NCBI GenBank assembly: GCA_963977015.1
Contig: CAXBMO010000017.1
Coordinates: 32,001 to 96,000 of the forward strand
DNA: 64,000 nt
From: an uncultured bacterium
GTDB taxonomy: Bacteria > Verrucomicrobiota > Verrucomicrobiia > Verrucomicrobiales > DEV007
Direction: 5' to 3'
Below are positions 30,219 to 39,655 of this stretch, piece after piece. Numbering within the stretch: position 1 is the stretch's first letter; each line of letters begins with the position of its first letter. The notes beneath the pieces are model-generated. The model was given only the letters and a program-made list of their open reading frames with translations, made no database searches and was not told where the DNA came from. The position numbers and the translations under genes are program-made.

Positions 30219-30902
30219 CTACGAGCCAACGCGTCCCGCAGCCGGCACACCAGACCCGCCCCCCTCCATGGCGCGAATAAACCGGTCGGCTTCGGCGATG
30301 GAGCGATTCATTTCACTGATGAGATTGGCGGTGTTGATCTCGACGGAGCGCAGTTCGCTTTTCAACGATCCCACGACTTGGGCGTTCAGGTTGTGCTTCA
30401 GGAAAAGCACGTTGTCGCGAAACTTGACCAGCACGGGGTCGAGCGTCCCTTCGGCGCGGCGCATGGCGGACATGAGGCCGTTGTAGCGGCTCTTGGTGTC
30501 GGCAAGTTGACGCGCGCTGGCAGCCCGCAGGCCAGCATCGGAATACTGGTTCAACTCACGTTCCCATTCGCGAAATAAGGATTTGGCGACGCTTTCGACC
30601 TCGTCGTTGCGGTCTTTGACGGCGCGGGCTTTGGATTCACTGCGCTGATATGCCGAGTTCAGCCGGTTGTAGGTCGATTCCAGGCTGCCGCCCTTGTAGT
30701 TGACTAGACTTGAGAACTGCTCCAGCGCAGATTGAAACTCTTCCTTGCTCTCGGACTGGGCTTGGCGTGCCTTGAGCACCCGCTTCACCAGAATTTCCCG
30801 TTTCGCGACACCAAATTGCTCCATCGTGCCCAGAACCACGGAATCGCACGAGGAGAGGGCCAGGGCAATGACCGGCAGAATGAAGAGGGGGGATTTTTTC
30901 AT
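30219..30902 (-). CDS. DUF2959-like lipoprotein
   Basis: Lipobox LSSC; KREILVKRV..A...Q; LFREWERE; VLFLKHNLNA. Confidence 0.82.
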   Translation of the reverse strand: MKKSPLFILPVIALALSSCDSVVLGTMEQFGVAKREILVKRVLKARQAQSESKEEFQSALEQFSSLVNYKGGSLESTYNRLNSAYQRSESKARAVKDRNDEVESVAKSLFREWERELNQYSDAGLRAASARQLADTKSRYNGLMSAMRRAEGTLDPVLVKFRDNVLFLKHNLNAQVVGSLKSELRSVEINTANLISEMNRSIAEADRFIRAMEGGGSGVPAAGRVGS

Positions 30903-30990
30903 CAACCAATTCTAGCCAAAATCGCGGCGGAGTCGATTCCGTTTTTGCGGACTTGTTAGAACCGATTCGCTCGGTTTGGTCTGGAAGATC

Positions 30991-31821
30991 ATGGGGAATC
31001 TCTGTCTTTCGGGAAAACAGCGTCTCACGAGCTATCGCAAGATCGCGATCGCGAGTTGGAATCACCCACGCGATCCCCAAACCTACGCCTCGGTCGATCT
31101 ATCCTACGAAGCGGCGGAAACTTTTCTCGAGAACTTCCCTTCTCCCATTCCCGTTTCGCTCACCCATTTCGTCGCAAAGATTCTCGGGCATTGCTTCGAG
31201 AAATACCCGGAGTTCAACCACGTTCTTCGCCTCGGAAATCTCTACCAACGCGCCGATGTCAGCATTTTTGTGACGACCCTGATTCGAACCAAAGAAGGGA
31301 AGGACCTGTCTGGCTTTCTGGTCAAAAACGCCGATGGAATCGGTTTGGCCGAGATTGCCAGTGTTTGCGACGCGGCAGTGAAACAGCTCCGAAATGGCGC
31401 GGATTCGGAAATGGGCCGGGTTCAACGCATGGTGGATCTCATGCCGGTTTGGTTGGTAAACTGGGTGTTGCGGGCCCAGGACTTTGCGCAAAACACGCTG
31501 AACTGGAATCTCCGTTGGCTCGGCATTCCCTGCGATCCGTTCGGCTCGGTCATGCTCAGCAACATCGGCGCGCTCGGCCTGGACAACGCGCATATTCCGC
31601 TGTCACCCTATTCCCGCTGCCCGGTGATGGTGGGGCTGGGGAAACCCCGGGAAATCCCGGTGGTTCGCGATGGAAACGTGGTCCCGGGAAAGGTCGTTCG
31701 GATAACGTTCACCTATGATCATCGCCATGCCGACGGCGCCCATGGAGCGATGATCATTCGCCGCTTTCAAAAGGTTTTTGAGAATCCCGAAGGATTCCGC
31801 CAAATCTTTGAGTCAACATGA
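30991..31821 (+). CDS. Stand-alone 2-oxoacid dehydrogenase E2-type acyltransferase catalytic domain
   Basis: SNIGALG and TYDHRHADG (HxxxDG); no lipoyl domain. Confidence 0.85.
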   Translation: MGNLCLSGKQRLTSYRKIAIASWNHPRDPQTYASVDLSYEAAETFLENFPSPIPVSLTHFVAKILGHCFEKYPEFNHVLRLGNLYQRADVSIFVTTLIRTKEGKDLSGFLVKNADGIGLAEIASVCDAAVKQLRNGADSEMGRVQRMVDLMPVWLVNWVLRAQDFAQNTLNWNLRWLGIPCDPFGSVMLSNIGALGLDNAHIPLSPYSRCPVMVGLGKPREIPVVRDGNVVPGKVVRITFTYDHRHADGAHGAMIIRRFQKVFENPEGFRQIFEST

Positions 31822-32408
31822 GTTCCCATCTGACCATGCTTGAGCGCGAGTTCTTTCAGCAGGCTCCGGAAGTCTGCGCGCGGGAATTGATCGGAACGGT
31901 TTTCACGTGGAATGGCTGCAGCGGCATCGTCGTGGAAACCGAGGCCTATGCGGAGCACGGCGACGAAGCCTGCCACACCTTTTTCCGGCCCAGTGCCCGC
32001 CAATTCGTCGAATCCAAGCCGACCGGAACCGCCTACATTTATCTCAACTACGGGATGTATTGGTTGAGCAATGTTTTAATCAAAGGCGGACCTTCCAACG
32101 GATTCGTCCTGATCCGGGCACTCGAGCCGCTTGAGGGAATTCCCAAAATGCAGAAACGCCGAAACAAGGAACGATTGACCGATCTATGCTCCGGCCCGGG
32201 CAAACTGAGCATGGCGCTCGGAATCAGCGGAGAAGATCACGGTCGCTCCTTCGTCAGGTCATCCAAACGAGGATTCTTCACACCGGCCAACCAGCCTCCC
32301 AAGGTCGAGGCCGATGTCCGGATTGGAATTTCGAAAGCCGTGGATCTGCGCTGGCGATTTCTGGCGAAGGATTCGCCCTACGTCAGCGTTCCACCAACGG
32401 GCAATTAA
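31818..32408 (+). CDS. mpg: DNA-3-methyladenine glycosylase (MPG family)
   Basis: IVETEAY, AYIYLNYGMY, VLIRALEP, CSGPGKL, RIGI. Confidence 0.93.
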   Translation: MSSHLTMLEREFFQQAPEVCARELIGTVFTWNGCSGIVVETEAYAEHGDEACHTFFRPSARQFVESKPTGTAYIYLNYGMYWLSNVLIKGGPSNGFVLIRALEPLEGIPKMQKRRNKERLTDLCSGPGKLSMALGISGEDHGRSFVRSSKRGFFTPANQPPKVEADVRIGISKAVDLRWRFLAKDSPYVSVPPTGN

Positions 32409-33181
32409 GCGACGGACTGTTCAGCGGCCGAAACGATCTCGAAGAAGCTATCGGCTTCCAAACTCGCTCCACCAACCAAACCGCCATCGACGTCGGGCTG
32501 AGCCATCAACTCGGCTGCGTTGCCGGGCTTCATGCTGCCTCCATACTGGATTCGCACTTTCGCGGCGGCATCCGCGCCAAACGTTGTTGCAACGACGCTG
32601 CGAACAAAGGCGTGAGCTTCCTGGGCTTGCTCTGGAGTTGCGGTGCGTCCGGTTCCAATCGCCCAGACGGGTTCGTAAGCGATCACGATGTCGCCCACTT
32701 TGTCCGCAGCGACTCCGGCGAGACCGCCTTCGATCTGGGTTTGGCAGACGGCTTCCAGTTTGCCGGCATCGCGCTCTTCCAGAGTCTCACCAATGCACAA
32801 AATCGGGATCAGGTTCGCTCCAAGCGCCGTGTGAACCTTCTGATTGATGAAGGCATCGGTCTCACCAAAAATCTGGCGTCGCTCGCTGTGGCCCAGCACG
32901 ACATACTGAACATTGAGCGCGTTGAGAAACTCGGCACTCACTTCGCCGGTGTAGGCTCCGTTCGCCTCATTGTGCATGTTCTGGGCGCCCAACCCAACCA
33001 CCGTATTTCCGGCCAGAGCCTGGGCAGCAGCGGGAATCGACGTGAAAGGCGGAACGATGACGGCGTCACTCCCACAGGAATTACCAAACTTCGGCAAAAA
33101 GGCGCTCAAAAACTCCTCAGTCTGCGCTGGAGTCTTGTTCATCTTCCAGTTGGCGGCTACGATGGGTCGGCGGGATGACAT
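32405..33181 (-). CDS. tpiA: Triosephosphate isomerase
   Basis: ANWKMN, GHSERR, AYEPVWAIGTG, YGGS, LVGGASL. Confidence 0.98.
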   Translation of the reverse strand: MSSRRPIVAANWKMNKTPAQTEEFLSAFLPKFGNSCGSDAVIVPPFTSIPAAAQALAGNTVVGLGAQNMHNEANGAYTGEVSAEFLNALNVQYVVLGHSERRQIFGETDAFINQKVHTALGANLIPILCIGETLEERDAGKLEAVCQTQIEGGLAGVAADKVGDIVIAYEPVWAIGTGRTATPEQAQEAHAFVRSVVATTFGADAAAKVRIQYGGSMKPGNAAELMAQPDVDGGLVGGASLEADSFFEIVSAAEQSVA

Positions 33182-33284
33182 GTTTTAAATTGGGCTAGAT
33201 TTTAGGAAAAATTCGCAGGACTTATGCGCAGGCTGGCCCGAATGACAAAGAGCGAATTCGGAAAAATTCCTAACGCAGGCAACC

Positions 33285-34955
33285 ATGCTAACGGCGCTCA
33301 AAATCAAAAACCTGGCCTTGGTCGACGATTTGACTTGGGAAGTGGGCTCTGGACTCGTCACCGTGACCGGAGAAACCGGAGCTGGAAAATCGATCATCGT
33401 TGGAGCCTTGAAGTTAATTCTGGGCGAACGCGCCGGTCGAGACTTACTTCGATTTGGGGAAAAACACTGCACGGTGGAAGCCGTTTTTGAGATTTCCAAT
33501 CGCGATGAAGTCAATGCGATTCTTGAAAACGCCGGGCTGGAGCTTTGCGAAGAAAACCAGCTCGTTTTGAAACGCGTTTTCAGCATCGCGGGTTCCAACA
33601 AACAGTTTGTGAACTGCGGCCCGGCAACGCTCGCCGCCTTAAAACAGGTGGGAAACGTGCTCGTGGACCTTCACGGCCCGCACGATCACCAATCGCTCCT
33701 TTCCCAAGAGCGCCAGCTTCAGATGCTCGACGCCTATGCCGGTCCGGCGGTTCGAAAGTGCCTGGCCGCCTACCGCACCGCCTACGATCGATGGACGGAA
33801 GCGAATCGGGATTACCTGGCCCTGCGCGACGCGGAGCAAACCACCGGCCATGAATTGGAACTTCTCCGATTTCAGGTCGAAGAAATCCAGAACGCCGGAC
33901 TGCGAACCAACGAGGAGGCCGAGCTGGAGCAGCAATACGCCGTCGCCTCCAACAGCCAACGCCTCATCGAAACTGCGAGCACCATTTCCAACAAGCTCAG
34001 CGAAGGCCCCATGGCGATTCTCAGCCAACTCGCCAGCCTGCAAAAAAGTGTGCGCGAATTGGAACGCATCGACGACGCGACGAGCGAACTCCTCAGCGGG
34101 TTCGACACCGTCCAAGTCGAACTGGATGAGCTTTGCCACGGCTTGCAGGACTACGTCTCGAATTTGGAAGTGAACCCGGAAGAAGTCCGCCGGCTGGAGA
34201 ACCGCCTCGATTTGATCCAGGGATTGAAACGCAAATACGGGCAGACGGTCGAAGACATCATGGAGTTTGGCCAACGGGCCGAGCGAAAGCTGAATGCCAC
34301 GAAAAGCCGGAGCGACGAATTGCATCGCCTGGAAGAGTTGATCGATGAAACGCGGCAGACGGTCGACAAGGCGGGAAAAGCGCTCAGCAGGAAACGCCAT
34401 GAATTTGCTCCCAAACTCGCCAAAGAAGTCTCCGGCCACCTCAAAGACCTCGGCTTCAAGCAATCCAAGTTTGAGATCGCGGAAGAACCGCACGAGCAAC
34501 CTTCGGCAACCGGTTTGGAACAAATCGATTTTCAGTTCGCGCCAAATCCGGGGGAACCGTTCAAACCGCTTCGCGTCATTGCCTCGAGCGGCGAGATGTC
34601 GCGCGTGATGCTCGCCGTAAAAAACGCGCTCGCCGATCAGGACCAGATCCCACTGATGGTCTTCGACGAAATCGACGCGAACGTTGGCGGACAAATCGCC
34701 CGGGCCGTCGGGCAAAAAATGGCCACGCTTGGCGAAAAACACCAGGTCGTCGCGATCACCCACATGCCCCAGGTCGCCTCGCTCTCCCAATACCACTATC
34801 TCGTCCAGAAAGAAGTGCGCAGCGGGAAAACCCGATCCACGTTAAAACGCGTGGATGGCGAAGCCCGCGTTGCCGAAATCGAACGCATGTTGGGCGGCGG
34901 AGGCGAAACGGCGAAGGCCTTGGCCGAAGAGATGCTGAAGAACGCGGCTCCCTAA
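33285..34955 (+). CDS. recN: DNA repair protein RecN
   Basis: TGETGAGKSI, HGPHDHQ, ASSGEMSR, FDEID, ITHMPQVA. Confidence 0.97.
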   Translation: MLTALKIKNLALVDDLTWEVGSGLVTVTGETGAGKSIIVGALKLILGERAGRDLLRFGEKHCTVEAVFEISNRDEVNAILENAGLELCEENQLVLKRVFSIAGSNKQFVNCGPATLAALKQVGNVLVDLHGPHDHQSLLSQERQLQMLDAYAGPAVRKCLAAYRTAYDRWTEANRDYLALRDAEQTTGHELELLRFQVEEIQNAGLRTNEEAELEQQYAVASNSQRLIETASTISNKLSEGPMAILSQLASLQKSVRELERIDDATSELLSGFDTVQVELDELCHGLQDYVSNLEVNPEEVRRLENRLDLIQGLKRKYGQTVEDIMEFGQRAERKLNATKSRSDELHRLEELIDETRQTVDKAGKALSRKRHEFAPKLAKEVSGHLKDLGFKQSKFEIAEEPHEQPSATGLEQIDFQFAPNPGEPFKPLRVIASSGEMSRVMLAVKNALADQDQIPLMVFDEIDANVGGQIARAVGQKMATLGEKHQVVAITHMPQVASLSQYHYLVQKEVRSGKTRSTLKRVDGEARVAEIERMLGGGGETAKALAEEMLKNAAP

Positions 34956-35005
34956 TGAAAGTCGTGCGAATACGACTCTTTCACCACACCGAAATGCAAG
35001 CCTTC
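34952..35005 (-). pseudogene. Duplicated 3' remnant of dnaE2 (17 codons plus stop)
   Basis: Reads EGLHFGVVKESYSHDFH* versus EGLRFDSVTNSYSHDFH* at the end of dnaE2; 22 nt identical (34954-34975 = 35594-35615). Confidence 0.88.
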
Positions 35006-35056
35006 TGATCGGTGAAAATCACTTGGAAAGCATCTTTATTTGCGTCACCTTTAGAC

Positions 35057-35278
35057 ATGATCGCTTCCTTTCCGGAACTGGAGCAATTGACCCCTCAAGA
35101 GAAATTCACCCTCGCCAGTGAGCTTTGGCAACAGGCGATGGAAGGCAACGATGCTTGCGCCAATCCGGACCCTCAAATCGTCGAACTTCTCGAGAAACGG
35201 CTCGATCACTACGCTGAGAATCCGGAGTCTGGATTGCCTTGGGAAGAGGTGAAACGGAAAATTCTTGCGACCAAATGA
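35057..35278 (+). CDS. Addiction-module antitoxin (TIGR02574 / unstable antitoxin-like)
   Basis: LTPQEKFTLASELW...LEKRL..Y..NP...PWEEVK pattern; ATGA overlap with the toxin gene. Confidence 0.82.
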   Translation: MIASFPELEQLTPQEKFTLASELWQQAMEGNDACANPDPQIVELLEKRLDHYAENPESGLPWEEVKRKILATK

Positions 35279-35598
35279 TCGATGAGGTCGTTTGGACGCA
35301 AGGCGCGTCCGCCGATCTTCAGGAACAGTTCGAAAAACTCGAAGACACCGCTGACGGGCGAGGACTGGAGTTAATCGAGCGGGTGGATGCCGCGATGGAA
35401 CTGCTGAAAGCTCACCCGGAGATTGCCTCGAGATATGGCACCCGGCTCAGGCGGAAGCTGATTGGCAAGAACTGCGAGTTTGGATTGTTTTACTCGATTG
35501 TTGGCCACAGGATCATTTTGGCCGCGCTTTTGGATTTGCGCCAGGACCCGAAGCAAATTCTACGCACGCTCAAACAACGTGGAGTGGGTGATCAATGA
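35275..35598 (+). CDS. RelE/ParE-family toxin
   Basis: VVWTQGASADL...L..HPE...RRKLI...LFYSI...I...LDLRQDP; coupled to the upstream antitoxin. Confidence 0.8.
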   Translation: MIDEVVWTQGASADLQEQFEKLEDTADGRGLELIERVDAAMELLKAHPEIASRYGTRLRRKLIGKNCEFGLFYSIVGHRIILAALLDLRQDPKQILRTLKQRGVGDQ

Positions 35599-38500
35599 AA
35601 GTCGTGCGAATACGAATTCGTCACCGAGTCGAATCGTAGCCCTTCCACCACTTCGGTGTAGATCGAGGTGACTCCGTCGTTGTTTTGCACGCGACCGCCG
35701 ATTTTGAGGAAGGTTTCCTGGGTGATGATGAGGCGGAATTCTTCGAATTTGGGGCCGGGGACGAAGGCGTTGGAGATGCCGGTCTCGTCTTCGAGGCTGA
35801 TGAAGACGTGGCCTTTGGCAGTGCCGGGGCGTTGGCGGCAAATGACGAGTCCGGCGATCCAAATCCGCTCACCGTCCTTCGCCTGGCAGATGTCGGAGGC
35901 TCGCCAGATTTCCGGAAGGTTCTCACGAATGTAAGCCATCGGATGCGGGCCCGTGGTGAGATGCTGGGTTTCGTAATCGGCAGCGAGGCGTTCGTTGGGG
36001 AGCATGGGGGTTAGCGGCACCAGCCGTCGTCCTCGTCCCTCGTTCTCGTCCTTCGTCCTCGATGCGGATGGCTCAGGCAGCGCGGAATCGAGGACGAGGG
36101 ACGAGGAGGAGCACGAGGACGATGCCTGGGCGAAGAGGTCCAATTCCACGTGACGCTCGACTTCCCACAGCGCGGCTCTTCGATGCTCGGCCAACCCATT
36201 GAGCGCGCCGGCTTTCGCCAAAACGCGGCGCTCGTCCTTGTGAACCCGGGTTCGCAGCAAAAAATCATCGAGATCGCGAAACGGCTCACGCGAGCGTTCC
36301 ACCAGGATTCGTTCCGCCGCATCCCGGCTTAGCCCTTTGATCTGACTCAAACCAAGGCGAATCTGGTCATCCGCCAGCACGATTGCGCCGAATTCCGACG
36401 AGGCCACGTTCACCGGCTTGATGCGAATGCCGTGATGCCGGGCGTCTTTGATCAACGTCGCGGGAGAGTAGAAACCCATCGGTTGGTTGTTGAGCAATCC
36501 GACGTAAAACTCGGCGGCGCGATGCACCTTGAGCCAGGCGCTGGCGTAGGCGATGAGCGCGAAACTGATGGCGTGCGATTCCGGGAAGCCGTATTGCGCG
36601 AAAGCCTGGATCGAGTGCACGATTTCGTCCTGCAGCACCGGATCCACGTTTTTCGCATCCATCGCCGCGCGCAATTTCGCCATGACGCGCTCCATCTTTT
36701 CGCGCGAGCGATTGAAGCTCATGGCGCGGCGCAACTCCTCCGCTTCGGAGCCGGTGAAGTCCGCAATCACCATCGCCATTTTGAGAACCTGCTCCTGAAA
36801 CAGCGGCACGCCCAAGGTGCGTTCAAGGATGGGCTCGAACAAGGGATGGATGTAGTTTGGTTCCTCGCGCCCCCGTTTTCGGTTGATGTAAGGGTGGACC
36901 ATCTTCCCGACAATCGGCCCCGGACGAATCAACGCCGTTTCCACCACCACATCGTAAAAACAACGCGGCTGAAGTCGCGGCAAGGTTGCCATCTGGGCGC
37001 GACTCTCGACCTGGAACAGTCCAATCGTGTCGGCCTCGCAGAGCATGTCGTAAACCTTCTCATCGTCGTAGGGCAAATTGTGGATCTCGACCGGACGCCC
37101 GCGTTCTTCGCACATGGCAACCGTGTCCTGAACTGCCGAGAGCATGCCCAACCCCAACAAATCGACCTTGATGATCCCGAGGTCTTCGCAGTCGTCCTTG
37201 TCCCACTGAACCACGACGCGATTTGGCATCGATGCGTTCTCCAGCGGCACCACCGTGTCGAGCGGCTTGTCCGAAACGATCATCCCGCCGGAATGTTGGC
37301 CGAGGTGACGCGGCAGGCCGTAAACGCTCTGGTAAAGGTGAATCAATGCCGGCAAACGTGGATGCTCGCCGGACAATCCAGCCTGGGCGACATGGTCGCG
37401 GAGTTGCATCGTATCCGGATAATCGCCACGCCCGTAGAGATCGGAAAACCGCCCCAACACGTCTTCAGGGATTCCGAGCACCTTGCCCATCTCGCGCATC
37501 GCGCTGCGCCCCCGGTAGGTAATCACGTTCGCCGTCATCGCGGCGCCGCGTGGCGAGTATTTGCGGAAGACTTCCTGAATCACGGATTCACGCCGGTCGC
37601 CGCTCGGGAGATCGATGTCGATGTCCGGCCAGGACTCGCGTCCTTCGCTCAAAAACCGCTCAAACAGCAGCTTGCCGCCAACGGGATCGACGTTCGTGAT
37701 TCCGAGGCTGTAACACACGGCGCTGTTCGCGGCACTGCCTCGCCCTTGCGCGAGAATCCCTTCCCGTTTCGCGAAGTTCATGATGTCCCAAACGATGAGG
37801 AAGTAACCGCAGAAACCGAGTTTACCGATCAACGCCAACTCGTGCTCCAACTGCTTCTTAACCGCTGTGTTAAACTTTTTCCCGTAACGCGCCTTCGCGC
37901 CGAGCCAGGTTTCGCGACGCAAAACGTCGCTCATCGTTTCCTCATTTCCGGTTGGATATTTGGGAAACTGGTAACCCAGGTTCTGCAGCGAAAACTCCAA
38001 CCGCTCCGCGAGACGTTCCGTGTTCGCAATCGCCTGCGGCAGATCCGCGAACAGCGCCGCCATTTGCGCTGGAGACTTCAGATAGCGCTCCCCATTTCGA
38101 CTCAGCAAGGCGCCGGCATCGTCGAGCGTTTGATGATGGCGCAAACAGGTGAAGGCATCGAGCAACGGACGCTCCGCTTTTCGCGCAAACCGGGTTCCAT
38201 TCGACGCCAAAACCGGCAACCCCAGGTTTTCCGCCAGATCCACCAACGCGCTCACCACCCAGTTTTCCCCACGAACGCGATGGCGCTGGATTTCGACGAA
38301 AACCTGGGGTTTCCCAAAAATCGCGATCAACTGGCGCATCGCCTTCTCCGCACCATCCCGGTCGCCACGCTCCAGCGCAGCGCGCACCGGACCATCCTCA
38401 TCGCCGCTTAACGCGACCAAACCCGGCGCAAACTCCTCCAATTCGCGCCACGTCACCATTCCCTCCCCTTTCGGCGCCCGCAGTTTGGCCCGAGTGATCA

Positions 38501-38774
38501 TGCGACACAGATTCTGGTATCCCGCGCGCGACTCCACCAACAGCGGGATCGCGCAGCCGCATTCCATCGTCACCTCCGCGCCAACAATCGCGCGAATCCC
38601 GGCTTCCTTCGCTCGAGCGTTCGCCCGCGCCGAACCGTAAACCCCATCGCGATCGCAAATCGCCAATTCGGCCATGCCAACCTCGGCCGCACGTTCCACG
38701 AGCACCTCCAGTTGGGACGAACCGCGAAGGAAGCTGAACGCCGAATTGGCATGGAGTTCGATGAATCTGGACAA
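35592..38774 (-). CDS. dnaE2: Error-prone DNA polymerase DnaE2 (ImuC)
   Basis: ELHANSAFSFLRG, QGRGSAANS, PDIDID, PRHLGQHSGG, YGFPESHA, NNQPMGFY, RQRPGTAKG, C-terminal SHDFH; TTG start. Confidence 0.96.
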   Translation of the reverse strand: MSRFIELHANSAFSFLRGSSQLEVLVERAAEVGMAELAICDRDGVYGSARANARAKEAGIRAIVGAEVTMECGCAIPLLVESRAGYQNLCRMITRAKLRAPKGEGMVTWRELEEFAPGLVALSGDEDGPVRAALERGDRDGAEKAMRQLIAIFGKPQVFVEIQRHRVRGENWVVSALVDLAENLGLPVLASNGTRFARKAERPLLDAFTCLRHHQTLDDAGALLSRNGERYLKSPAQMAALFADLPQAIANTERLAERLEFSLQNLGYQFPKYPTGNEETMSDVLRRETWLGAKARYGKKFNTAVKKQLEHELALIGKLGFCGYFLIVWDIMNFAKREGILAQGRGSAANSAVCYSLGITNVDPVGGKLLFERFLSEGRESWPDIDIDLPSGDRRESVIQEVFRKYSPRGAAMTANVITYRGRSAMREMGKVLGIPEDVLGRFSDLYGRGDYPDTMQLRDHVAQAGLSGEHPRLPALIHLYQSVYGLPRHLGQHSGGMIVSDKPLDTVVPLENASMPNRVVVQWDKDDCEDLGIIKVDLLGLGMLSAVQDTVAMCEERGRPVEIHNLPYDDEKVYDMLCEADTIGLFQVESRAQMATLPRLQPRCFYDVVVETALIRPGPIVGKMVHPYINRKRGREEPNYIHPLFEPILERTLGVPLFQEQVLKMAMVIADFTGSEAEELRRAMSFNRSREKMERVMAKLRAAMDAKNVDPVLQDEIVHSIQAFAQYGFPESHAISFALIAYASAWLKVHRAAEFYVGLLNNQPMGFYSPATLIKDARHHGIRIKPVNVASSEFGAIVLADDQIRLGLSQIKGLSRDAAERILVERSREPFRDLDDFLLRTRVHKDERRVLAKAGALNGLAEHRRAALWEVERHVELDLFAQASSSCSSSSLVLDSALPEPSASRTKDENEGRGRRLVPLTPMLPNERLAADYETQHLTTGPHPMAYIRENLPEIWRASDICQAKDGERIWIAGLVICRQRPGTAKGHVFISLEDETGISNAFVPGPKFEEFRLIITQETFLKIGGRVQNNDGVTSIYTEVVEGLRFDSVTNSYSHDFH
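36027..36122. repeat. Imperfect palindrome of (T)CGTCC(T)/GGACGA units inside the dnaE2 coding sequence
   Basis: Left arm TCGTCCTCGTCCCTCGTTCTCGTCCTTCGTCCTCGAT (36027-36063) is nearly the reverse complement of ATCGAGGACGAGGGACGAGGAGGAGCACGAGGACGA (36087-36122). Confidence 0.85.
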
Positions 38775-38775
38775 C

Positions 38776-38789
38776 TACTCAAATGAACA
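38776..38789 (-). promoter_or_regulatory. Candidate Verrucomicrobia-type LexA (SOS) box upstream of dnaE2
   Basis: TGTTC-ATTT-GAGTA on the minus strand versus the TGTTC-N4-GAACA consensus (2 mismatches); 1 nt before the start codon. Confidence 0.5.
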
Positions 38790-38856
38790 GTCTTTCTGGG
38801 CAATTTCAATGAGAAAGCGACTTGCGAACCCCCGTCTCGACCGTCCCAGTAGAACC

Positions 38857-39609
38857 ATGAAATCCCTTTTCATCCACGCCCTTCTCCTCTTCGGGTTGGC
38901 TCAGGTCAGCCTGGCCCAGCACATCGTTTTTCTGATCGGTGAGCGGGAATACAAGACTGCCGAGTCGCTGCCGGCTTACTTTGAGTCAGATCTCAAGCCC
39001 GCAGGTTTCACCGCGACCTTCATCACCGCTCCGCCGGAAGGGGAGGCAAAGAACGACTTTCCCGGGTTGGAGGAAGCGCTCGCGAAGGCTGATCTTTGCC
39101 TCGTCAGCGTGCGCCGGCGAGCCCCCAAATCCAGTCAAATGGCGGCATTGAAGGCATTTGCCAACGCCGGAAAGCCGATCGTCGGAATCCGGACCAGCAG
39201 CCACGCCTTTCACCTGGGAGGCAAAGAGGTCCCGGAAGGGCATGCACTTTGGGAGGAATTTGACCCGGTCGTCCTGGGCGGAAACTACCACGGACACTAC
39301 GGCAACGAGCCGGCGCCCATTTCGATCGCCAAAGGAGCCGGGTCGCACCCGATTCTTGCCGATATCGGCGAACTGGCCCCCACTTCGAAACTCTATCGCG
39401 CGGCTCCCTTGGCCGAAAAGGCGCAAGCCCTGCTCTTTGCCACGGTTGAGGGCAAGGAGCCGGAACCTGTTGCCTGGACCCACACGTTTGGCCCCAACAA
39501 CGCCCGCATTTTCTACACTTCGCTGGGGTTGGCCGATGAGTTTGCGAACCCCGAATTTCGCAAATTCCTGACTCAGGCGATCCTTTGGGCGCTGAACGAT
39601 CCGGCTTGA
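38857..39609 (+). CDS. Secreted ThuA-like (class I GAT-fold) protein
   Basis: Signal peptide; GEREYKT, FPGLE..L..ADL, VRRR, GIRTSSHAF, PVAWT, FYTSLG. Confidence 0.82.
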   Translation: MKSLFIHALLLFGLAQVSLAQHIVFLIGEREYKTAESLPAYFESDLKPAGFTATFITAPPEGEAKNDFPGLEEALAKADLCLVSVRRRAPKSSQMAALKAFANAGKPIVGIRTSSHAFHLGGKEVPEGHALWEEFDPVVLGGNYHGHYGNEPAPISIAKGAGSHPILADIGELAPTSKLYRAAPLAEKAQALLFATVEGKEPEPVAWTHTFGPNNARIFYTSLGLADEFANPEFRKFLTQAILWALNDPA

Positions 39610-39655
39610 AAATCGCGGGACGGCTGGCAGTTTGTTTGCCGAAAATCGTCCCAGA

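Noticed and set aside
36432-38411. 659 aa plus-strand ORF
   Set aside because: Antisense shadow of dnaE2 in GC-rich DNA; no recognisable motifs.
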